This document shows, one piece after another, positions 18,989 through 25,921 of a stretch of DNA of 64,000 nucleotides. The position numbers were made by a program, and so were the translations under genes. Below the pieces are notes generated by a model. The model was not told the DNA's origin. It ran no database searches and saw only the letters and a list, made by a program, of their open reading frames with translations. The DNA comes from Xanthobacteraceae bacterium. Lineage in GTDB: Bacteria > Pseudomonadota > Alphaproteobacteria > Rhizobiales > Xanthobacteraceae. The first letter of the stretch is position 1; each line of letters opens with the position of its first letter. Location of the stretch: assembly GCA_023954195.1 (NCBI GenBank), contig JAMLIK010000001.1, positions 1,226,628-1,290,627 of the forward strand, given 5' to 3'.

Positions 18989-19309
18989 CGCGGGGCCGTT
19001 CCGGCGCGCATCGTGTCGGCCCTTCCCAAGCTTGCCTCGGCCGCTTTGTTTCCGACTCCGGTCGCGGAGTCAATCGCGCCAAGCCCGGCGATACGCGCGC
19101 GATAGCGGCTTATCTTTTTGTTCGCGCGTGATGTTTTCCTCAAGTGGCCGCCGCGGGACGATCCCGAGCGGCATCATCGTCGTCCCAAAATTCCGGGTGC
19201 GTTTGGGACTATCAAGATCGTTATATTCCGCGTATCCTCGCCGCCGTCGGAAAAGCCGGTTTCCGGGGACCGACTATGTGTTGCCGTTTCATCCTGCGGA
19301 GACGACCTG

Positions 19310-19510
19310 ATGGCTAAAGGCACTGTGAAGTGGTTCAACCCGACCAAGGGCTACGGATTCATCCAGCCCAGCTCTGGCGGGAAGGACGTATTTGTTCATA
19401 TTTCGGCGGTGGAGAAGGCGGGCCTGTCGACCCTCAATGAGGGGCAGACGGTCGAATACGAGGAAGTCGCCAATCGCGGCAAGACTTCCGCGGAAAACCT
19501 GAAGGTCTGA
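19310..19510 (+). CDS. cspA: Cold-shock protein (CSD)
   Basis: 66 aa, [20 protein letters not shown]...DVFVHISAV with RNP1/RNP2 motifs. The track ORF from 19118 is an upstream extension. More than 300 nt of non-coding sequence lies upstream. Confidence 0.95.
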   Translation: MAKGTVKWFNPTKGYGFIQPSSGGKDVFVHISAVEKAGLSTLNEGQTVEYEEVANRGKTSAENLKV

Positions 19511-19602
19511 TCCGCAGCGGCCGTCCTTGCGCGTCTCCTTGCGAAGCGGGATACGGCGCGGCCCGGAATTGACACGCTTTCACGAGTTGCATGTGTTGCG
19601 AA

Positions 19603-19637
19603 GGGACCGGTTCAACGGCGATTGAACCGGTCCCTTT
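19603..19637 (+). terminator. Rho-independent terminator downstream of cspA
   Basis: Perfect 13-bp stem GGGACCGGTTCAA / TTGAACCGGTCCC with a 6-nt loop, followed by TTT. Confidence 0.8.
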
Positions 19638-19685
19638 ACGTGTCACGATTGCCGGGGCGAAACGGTCACGGCTGCTCCTTGAAGG

Positions 19686-20369
19686 TCAGTCTTCCTTGAG
19701 CCAGGTCGCGACCGGCATCACGTCCGGCTTCTCGCCATAGCCGCGCGGCCACAGATCGACCACCCACTCCGCGCGGGTCGCGCGCTCGACCAGCACGGGG
19801 GTATTGTGCGGTGTCTGCAACACCATCACGTTGCCGCGATAGCGTGGATCGCCGACGAGGTGGAACTTCAGCAGATTCCAGCCCTGCAAGATCAACAGCA
19901 GACTGGTGACGTTGCGGGTGGTGTCCCAGCAGTCGAAATTATGCGCGTCGTCGCGGGCGCGAAAATCGGCGCGGGCGACCCGCTTGTCGGTGCCGAGCAC
20001 CGGACCGAGGCGGCGATCGAACCAGACTACCGCCCGCTGCACGGCCGCGCGCTCCGCCGCCGCGGACGCCCGCCCTCCGGCCATGATGCGCGTCAACGCT
20101 CCACGGTCGGCCGCGGTGAAACCGAACGTCTCCCGGCGACGGCAGACAAAGCCGTAACACACCGTCATCGCATTGGCTGACGGCGGAAAGATCGACACGG
20201 AACTGTAAAGCTGCGCCACCGGCGCGCTGAGCGACGCGGCGTGCGACGGCGCGGCGAAGCACGCCGCCATGACAGCGATCCAGACGAACCCGCGTGCCCG
20301 CGACCGCAGCCGCCGGCGGTCGGCCCGATCCGCCACGACGACGGATACATCATCCCGAATAGTATTCAT
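19686..20369 (-). CDS. Exported hypothetical protein; possible transglutaminase-like Cys-His-Asp peptidase fold
   Basis: ATG at 20369; the track start at 20390 is TTG. Arg-rich n-region plus hydrophobic core and AAPSHA-AS cleavage-like site. See the finding for the ordered C/H/D motifs FDCWDTT, TPHNTPVLV and VVDLW. Confidence 0.55.
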   Translation of the reverse strand: MNTIRDDVSVVVADRADRRRLRSRARGFVWIAVMAACFAAPSHAASLSAPVAQLYSSVSIFPPSANAMTVCYGFVCRRRETFGFTAADRGALTRIMAGGRASAAAERAAVQRAVVWFDRRLGPVLGTDKRVARADFRARDDAHNFDCWDTTRNVTSLLLILQGWNLLKFHLVGDPRYRGNVMVLQTPHNTPVLVERATRAEWVVDLWPRGYGEKPDVMPVATWLKED

Positions 20370-20589
20370 GACCGGGGACGCTAACGGCAAGCGCCGCTCC
20401 TGCCAATACGGCGGTGGCCGTCATGCACGGTTCCATGCCTGACGATTTCCGGGACACGAACAATGCGCCATGCCCATCGGGACGGTTGCACCGGCGGCGC
20501 AACGCGGATCAAATGCCGCCTCGAATCCGTCGCAAGCCGCGCAACCGCCGGACCGGATCCGGCATCGACAACAAGGAGACGTCGCGCTC

Positions 20590-21795
20590 ATGGACAACGC
20601 TATCTTCGGCGGTCTCAAGGTTCTGGATTGCGCCAGCTTCATCGCGGCGCCCGCGGCCGGGACCGTGCTCGCGGACTTCGGCGCCGATGTCATCAAGATC
20701 GAACCGCCCGGCGCCGGCGATCCGTATCGCAACCTGCCGAACCTTCCCGGCTATCCGATCAGCCCGCATAACTACGCCTGGATGCTGGACGGCCGGAGCA
20801 AGAAAAGCCTCGCGCTGGATCTCTCCAAGCCGGACGGCCGCGCCGTCCTGTACCGGCTGGTGCAGGACGCCGATGTCTTCATTACCAACTTCCCGCCAGC
20901 GGTCCGCAAGCGCCTCGGCATCGCCTATGACGACATCGCGCCGCTCAACGCGCGGCTGATCTACGCTTCCTTCACCGGCTACGGCGAGAACGGCGAGGAG
21001 GCCAACAAGCCCGGCTTCGACAGCAATGCATGGTGGGCGCGCTCCGGCCTGATGGATCTGGTGCGCGCCGACGAACAGACGCCCCCGGCACGCTCGGTGG
21101 CGGGCATGGGCGACCATCCCTGCGCCATGACGCTGTACGGCGGCATCGTCACCGCGCTCTACAGGCGCGAGAAGACCGGTCTCGGCTCGCACGTCAAATC
21201 CAACCTGATGGCCAACGGCGTCTGGGCCAGCGGCGTGCTGGCGCAAGCCAAGCTGTGCGGCGCGCAATTCCAGCCGCGCCGGCCGCGCACGCACGCGCTC
21301 AACGCCGTGACCAATCATTACCGATGCCGCGACGGCCGCTGGCTGATGCTGTCGCTGCTGAACGAGGACAAGCAGTGGCCGGCGCTGGCCCGCTGCCTCG
21401 GCCGCGAGGATCTCGTCACCGATCCGCGCTTCGCCACCAGGCCCGACCGCCACGCGCGGTCGCAGGAGCTGATTCAGATTTTCGACGACATCTTCGCCAC
21501 CCGCGATCTCGCCGAATGGCGCGCCGCGCTGGACGGCAGCGGCGTGGTGTTCGGCGTGGTCGGCATCCTCGACGACATTCCGCAGGACCAGCAAATGCGC
21601 GAGAACGACGTGCTGATCCCGTTCGCGGACGACACCATGCTGACCATCAACAGCCCGATCTGGATCGACGGCAGCGACAAGCGGCCGCCTCAACAGCCGC
21701 CGAAAGTCGGCGAACACAGCGACGAGGTGCTGCGGCAGGCCGGCTATGCCGAGGACGACATCCGCAATCTGCGCGGCGCGGGGGTCATCGGTTAG
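20590..21795 (+). CDS. Family III CoA-transferase (CaiB/BaiF)
   Basis: ATG at 20590 after AAGGAGA. N-terminal LKVLDCASFIAAPAAGTVLADFGADVIKIEPPGAGDPYR. Confidence 0.85.
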   Translation: MDNAIFGGLKVLDCASFIAAPAAGTVLADFGADVIKIEPPGAGDPYRNLPNLPGYPISPHNYAWMLDGRSKKSLALDLSKPDGRAVLYRLVQDADVFITNFPPAVRKRLGIAYDDIAPLNARLIYASFTGYGENGEEANKPGFDSNAWWARSGLMDLVRADEQTPPARSVAGMGDHPCAMTLYGGIVTALYRREKTGLGSHVKSNLMANGVWASGVLAQAKLCGAQFQPRRPRTHALNAVTNHYRCRDGRWLMLSLLNEDKQWPALARCLGREDLVTDPRFATRPDRHARSQELIQIFDDIFATRDLAEWRAALDGSGVVFGVVGILDDIPQDQQMRENDVLIPFADDTMLTINSPIWIDGSDKRPPQQPPKVGEHSDEVLRQAGYAEDDIRNLRGAGVIG

Positions 21796-22652
21796 CGCGC
21801 GACGATCAACCCTCTGCTGGTGACCACCACCCAGCGGCCGTCCTGCTTGCGGATGGCGTCGACGCGGCCGACACCGGGCAGCGGATCCCCGGCGTAGACT
21901 TCGTAAAGCCCGCCCCGGCCCTCGATCAGCGCACCACCGTTGCCGACGTCGCGGATCCGCCAGCCGGGCACGATCGGCAACCGGTTGATCTCGGAGGCAG
22001 CCGCCCTTTGCGGCGCGGCGGCGGGCACCGGAATCGACCCGGTGATGTCCCTCGCGGTTTCCTTCGCGCTCTCCCTGGCCGCCGCCGGAGCGGGCGCGGC
22101 GGGAGTTGCGGCGGCGACGCGAAGTTTCTCGACCGTTTCGCCGAGCTTGGCGAGTTTGGCGGCGGGCTCGGCCTGCGCCTTCTCGACCTTCTCGACCCGG
22201 TCGGTGATCTTCGCTAGTTGCGCGGAGTCGGCCTTGGCGCCGCGCTCGACGCCCGCCTTCAATGCCGCCACTTCCGCGTGAAGCTTGCTGATGGTGGCGT
22301 TCAACGCTTGCACCTGCTGCGCGGCGGCAGGATCGGCCTTGGTCTTGTACAGATGGCCGAACCCGGCCGAGGCCAGCGCGCCACCGACCACGCCGGCGAC
22401 CGCCGCGAGTGCGAAGACCGCCGCCATCACGGTCAGCCGGCGTTTGCCGGACCGACCCGCCGCGCTCGCGCCCGTTCCCGCCGCGGCGCCCTCGCCGGCC
22501 GTATTCCAGTAGTGGCCGTCCCGCGACAGCGGCAGCACCGTGATGTGGCGGCCGCTCGATGTCGCCGCCGCATTGTCCTGCCCTGCGGAGGCGTCATCGG
22601 CGGCGGGATCCGTGCGATCGTCTCGATTCTGATCGGCCATATGCTCACTCAC
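21792..22652 (-). CDS. Bitopic membrane protein with periplasmic coiled coil and C-terminal beta-rich domain (function unknown)
   Basis: 286 aa. One transmembrane segment (LTVMAAVFALAAVAGVVGGALASAGF). Heptad-like region (QALNATISKLHAEVAALKAGVERG...KVEKVEKAQAEPAAKLAKLGETVEKL). Conserved-looking C-terminal 65 aa. Confidence 0.6.
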   Translation of the reverse strand: MSEHMADQNRDDRTDPAADDASAGQDNAAATSSGRHITVLPLSRDGHYWNTAGEGAAAGTGASAAGRSGKRRLTVMAAVFALAAVAGVVGGALASAGFGHLYKTKADPAAAQQVQALNATISKLHAEVAALKAGVERGAKADSAQLAKITDRVEKVEKAQAEPAAKLAKLGETVEKLRVAAATPAAPAPAAARESAKETARDITGSIPVPAAAPQRAAASEINRLPIVPGWRIRDVGNGGALIEGRGGLYEVYAGDPLPGVGRVDAIRKQDGRWVVVTSRGLIVAR

Positions 22653-22905
22653 AGGTCTGAAATCCTCGACAGGTTGACTATTTGGTAACGATGATTGTTT
22701 GCCAAATGGTTACGAACGACTGTGCCGTAATTATGGATGCGCGACCTGACTGGCGCATGAACAACCGTCCGTTGCATCGCGCATCCTTGGGCCTCTTGCT
22801 TAAGTCCTTTATTCAGCGGGTTTTCTTCGCGCGTCCGGTTTACCCTTCGCCTGGAAACGCGATAACATCGGCTACGGACGCTCGAACACGCCATCAGGGG
22901 ACAAC

Positions 22906-23517
22906 ATGAAGCTTTACGATTCCGTCGGACCCAACCCGCGCCTCGTGCGCATGTTCATCGCCGAAAAAGGCTTGAGCATTCCGACCCAGAAGGTTGATCT
23001 CATGGGCGGCGAAAACCGCCAGCCGGCGCATCTGACGCGCAACCCGCACGGCCAGATGCCGGCGCTCGAACTCGACGACGGCAGTTATCTCTCCGAAATC
23101 ATTCCGATCTGCGAGTACCTCGAAGAAAAGCATCCCGCGCCGGCGTTGATCGGGAGCACGCCCGAGGAGCGCGCCGAGAGCCGGATGTGGACGCGGCGCA
23201 TCGACCTCAACATCTGCGAGCCGCTCGCCATGGGCTTCCGTTTCAGCGAGGGGCTGAAGCTGTTCAAGGATCGCATCGTCTGCGTGCCGGAGGCCGCGCC
23301 CGGATTAAAGAAAATCGCGGCCGACCGCCTGCGCTGGCTCGACGGCCAGATGCAGGGCAAGCAATACGTCTGCGGCGATCGCTTCACGCTCGCCGACATG
23401 ATGCTGTATTGCTGGCTCGATTTCGGCACGCAGGTGGCCCAACCGCTGGATCCGGCCAACACCACCATCGCCGCCTGGTTCAAGCGCGTGGCGGAGCGCC
23501 CCTCCACCAAGGCGTAG
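22906..23517 (+). CDS. Glutathione S-transferase
   Basis: 203 aa. Thioredoxin-like N-domain (NPHGQMPALELDDGSYLSEIIPICEYLEE) plus helical C-domain. Confidence 0.85.
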   Translation: MKLYDSVGPNPRLVRMFIAEKGLSIPTQKVDLMGGENRQPAHLTRNPHGQMPALELDDGSYLSEIIPICEYLEEKHPAPALIGSTPEERAESRMWTRRIDLNICEPLAMGFRFSEGLKLFKDRIVCVPEAAPGLKKIAADRLRWLDGQMQGKQYVCGDRFTLADMMLYCWLDFGTQVAQPLDPANTTIAAWFKRVAERPSTKA

Positions 23518-23586
23518 CTTGGAGGCGTCGATCGCTTAGCAGGCTGTTTAAAAACGGCCAGATCCACCTCCACCGTGTCCCAGGGC

Positions 23587-23700
23587 GCGATGCAGCGTGC
23601 AACGCTGCGTCGCAGAACCGGGACCGTCTCAAATGCCGTGACTGGAACGGCCCCGGTTCTGCGCAGCGTCACTTCGTGCCGCGGCGCGACCGGGGCACGA
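23587..23700. repeat. Second REP family: three consecutive GC-rich hairpins
   Basis: GCGATGCAGCGtgcaaCGCTGCGTCGC (23587-23613). CGCAGAACCGGGACCGT...ACGGCCCCGGTTCTGCG (23611-23663). TCGTGCC...GGCACGA (23674-23700). Confidence 0.7.
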
Positions 23701-23719
23701 AACCATCTTCAACAGCTTG

Positions 23720-24226
23720 TCAAAGCACGACCGGCGCGTCCGGCAATTCGTTGCGGCCGTCGCCGCGTTTCGGAAAATGCGCGACGAGATGTTCGGTGAC
23801 CGCCGCGATGCCGGCGAGGACGCCCTGTTCGAACCGCCCCGCGCCGAACTCGCGCTCCATCGCATCGCAAATCCGCTGCCAGGCGGCATGGCCAACCGCC
23901 GCGTCGATGCCACGGTCGGCGATGATCTCGACATTGCGGTCCGCCAGCAGCACGTAGATCAGCACGCCGCTGTTATGTGCGGTGTCCCATATGCGCAGGC
24001 GCGAAAACAGATCGAGCGCCCGCTCGCGCGCCGGCTGGTCGCGAAACAGCGGACGACCGTCCAGCGCGCCCTCGACGACGAACCGGATCTGGCCGGCGTG
24101 GGCCGCCTCGCTCGCCTTGATGGCCTGTTCGATGGCGTCAAGCGACGCCCGCGGAAACGCCCGCCTGACCCGCGAGCGGTTGGCGAGGAGATGCCGGCAG
24201 AGCCGCGTGATGCCCATCGTCACCAT
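23720..24226 (-). CDS. TPM-domain protein (TLP18.3/Psb32/MOLO-1 family), small paralogue
   Basis: 168 aa. Start ATG at 24226 overlaps the upstream stop (ATGGTGA); alternative ATG at 24217. This is the only plausible part of the 445-aa track ORF. Confidence 0.7.
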   Translation of the reverse strand: MVTMGITRLCRHLLANRSRVRRAFPRASLDAIEQAIKASEAAHAGQIRFVVEGALDGRPLFRDQPARERALDLFSRLRIWDTAHNSGVLIYVLLADRNVEIIADRGIDAAVGHAAWQRICDAMEREFGAGRFEQGVLAGIAAVTEHLVAHFPKRGDGRNELPDAPVVL

Positions 24227-25140
24227 CTCCCCGACGCGCCGCCGCCGCCGAAACCGCCGCCGCCGCCGCTGAAGCCGCCGCCGCCCGATCCGCCGGACCA
24301 TCCGTCGCCGCCGCCCGACCAGCCGCCGCGCCCCCTTCCGCCGCCGCCGGACACGACATTGTCGCCGATCAACGTAAAGACAAAAGCGACCACGCCGATG
24401 ATCGCCGCGAGCGCAAAACTCCCCACCATGAACCAAATCACCGCCCAGACCAGACCGCCGGCAAGGGCTGCCCCCAGCAACCGGCCGAATGCCGCGCGAA
24501 GCACGCCGCCGAATATGAGAACCGCGAAGAACCCGAAAGGACCGATCACTTCGAGGTTGTCGAAAATGTTCGTGCTTCCCTGCCGGCGCTTCGGCTCGGG
24601 CAGCGGCTCGCCGTCGATGACGCCGGTGATGCGGTCGACCCCCGCCGAAATGCCGCCGGCGAAGTCGCCGTCGCGGAATTTCGGCGCGATGATCTCGTCG
24701 ATGATCCGCCGCGACGTCACGTCGGTCAGCGCGCCTTCCAGACCGTAACCCACCTCGATGCGCAACGCGCGGTCGTCCTTGGCGATCACCAGGATCGCGC
24801 CGTCGTCGATCTTGCCGCGGCCGATCTTCCATGCCTCGGCGACTCGGATCGAGAACTGCTCGATGGTCTCGGGGGCCGTGGTCGGCACGATGAGCACGAC
24901 GATCTGGCTGCCCTTGCGTTGCTCGAACGCTTGCAGCCGGCCGTCGAGCGCCTTGATCTGCTCCGGCGTCAGCGTGCCGGTCAGATCGACGACACGACCG
25001 GTAAGCGGCGGCACGGCGACATCGGCGACCGCGCCGGCGGTGAAGCACAGCATCCATGCCAGCAGCGCCGCCGCAACCGTTCGGATCGCTGTCGTTTTGA
25101 TCGCTGCCGCTCGGATCGCTACCGTTCGGATCGCTGTCAT
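24220..25140 (-). CDS. TPM-domain membrane protein (YgcG-like) with Gly-rich C-terminal tail
   Basis: 306 aa with signal/anchor. TPM core (RVVDLTGTLTPEQIKALDGRLQAFEQRKGSQIVVLIVPT...RIEVGYGLEGALTD), transmembrane segments, and tail GGGGRGRGGWSGGGDGWSGGSGGGGFSGGGGGFGGGG. Confidence 0.8.
   Translation of the reverse strand: MTAIRTVAIRAAAIKTTAIRTVAAALLAWMLCFTAGAVADVAVPPLTGRVVDLTGTLTPEQIKALDGRLQAFEQRKGSQIVVLIVPTTAPETIEQFSIRVAEAWKIGRGKIDDGAILVIAKDDRALRIEVGYGLEGALTDVTSRRIIDEIIAPKFRDGDFAGGISAGVDRITGVIDGEPLPEPKRRQGSTNIFDNLEVIGPFGFFAVLIFGGVLRAAFGRLLGAALAGGLVWAVIWFMVGSFALAAIIGVVAFVFTLIGDNVVSGGGGRGRGGWSGGGDGWSGGSGGGGFSGGGGGFGGGGASGRW
25076..25135 (-). repeat. Four tandem 15-bp repeats inside the 5' end of the TPM gene
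   Basis: Plus-strand units accgttcggatcgct / gtcgttttgatcgct / gccgctcggatcgct / accgttcggatcgct. They encode AIRTV-AIRAA-AIKTT-AIRTV directly after Met-Thr. Confidence 0.9.
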
Positions 25141-25155
25141 GGGCGATCCGCCGGT

Positions 25156-25776
25156 CTATTTGGCCGGCGCGGGCTGCGCGGGCGCCGGCGCGTTGAAATC
25201 GACCTTCGGCGCGGTCGAGATCGCCTTCTCGTTATCGACCGTGAAATTCGGCTTCTCCTTGTAGCCGAACATCATTGCCGTCAGGTTCGACGGGAACGAA
25301 CGCACCGTGACATTATACTCCTGCACCGACTTGATGTAGCGGTTGCGCGCCACCGTGATGCGGTTCTCGGTGCCCTCTAGCTGCGACATCAGATCGCGAA
25401 ACAGCGCGTCCGATTTCAATTGCGGATAGTTCTCCGTCACCACCAGCAGGCGCGACAGCGCGCTGGACAGTTCGCCCTGCGCCTGCTGGAACTTGTTGAA
25501 CGCGGCCGGATCGTTCAGCGTCTCGGGCGAGACCTGCATGCTGCCGACCTTGGCGCGCGCGTTGGTAACGCCGAGCAGCACGTCCTTTTCCTGCTGCGCG
25601 AACCCTTTTACCGAATTGACCAGGTTTGGCACCAGGTCGGCGCGGCGCTGATACTGGTTCACCACCTCGGACCAGCTCGACTTGATCTGCTCGTCCTCGC
25701 TCTGGATCGCGTTGTAACCGCAGTTGGTCAGGCTCAATGTCGCCAGAGTCGCGAGGATGGTGAGAAGCCGACGCAT
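25156..25776 (-). CDS. lemA: LemA family lipoprotein/membrane protein
   Basis: 206 aa with AGGAG RBS. Lipobox-like LSLTNC. LemA core (YNAIQSEDEQIKSSWSEVVNQYQRRADLVPNLV...RNRYI). Confidence 0.85.
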   Translation of the reverse strand: MRRLLTILATLATLSLTNCGYNAIQSEDEQIKSSWSEVVNQYQRRADLVPNLVNSVKGFAQQEKDVLLGVTNARAKVGSMQVSPETLNDPAAFNKFQQAQGELSSALSRLLVVTENYPQLKSDALFRDLMSQLEGTENRITVARNRYIKSVQEYNVTVRSFPSNLTAMMFGYKEKPNFTVDNEKAISTAPKVDFNAPAPAQPAPAK

Positions 25777-25921
25777 CGATATCTCCTGTCATGTCATCAC
25801 ACGGAAACGCCAGACCGGCACGTCGTTGCACGTGCCGCAAGCTCCCGCGACCATAGCTCAAACCACGGCAGGCATCACGTCTGACGAATCGTTGGCTGAT
25901 GCTTGGCTGATGCTTGGCGAA

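Noticed and set aside
19265-19290. EcfG/general-stress-type promoter GGGAC-N14-CGTT upstream of cspA. A similar GGAAC lies at 62343 upstream of the BA14K gene, followed by CGCTT.
   Set aside because: The spacing (14) or the -10 element (CGCTT) does not fit GGAAC-N16/17-CGTT.
22649-22909. Small ORFs (81 aa on the minus strand, 75 aa on the plus strand) in the AT-richer divergent region.
   Set aside because: They have no RBS and unremarkable Arg/Ser-rich composition, and they overlap each other. The region is better treated as promoter/leader space.
23717-24748. 343-aa plus-strand ORF with striking poly-proline runs (PPPPKPPPPPLKPPPPDPPDHPSPPP).
   Set aside because: It is the reverse-complement reading of the Gly-rich tail of the TPM protein, with GGN codons read as NCC. 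The TPM reading has domain logic; this one has none.
24227-25057. Upstream 277 codons of the 445-aa minus-strand ORF 23720-25057.
   Set aside because: Only the last 168 codons look like a TPM protein. The upstream part overlaps the well-supported 24220-25140 gene in another frame and is Arg-rich nonsense.
25890-25920. 11-bp tandem repeat (cgttggctgat gcttggctgat gcttggcga) just downstream of the coxL-like stop.
   Set aside because: It is real but only about 2.8 copies in a non-coding 3' region. It has no associated structure or gene and is most simply a small slippage duplication.
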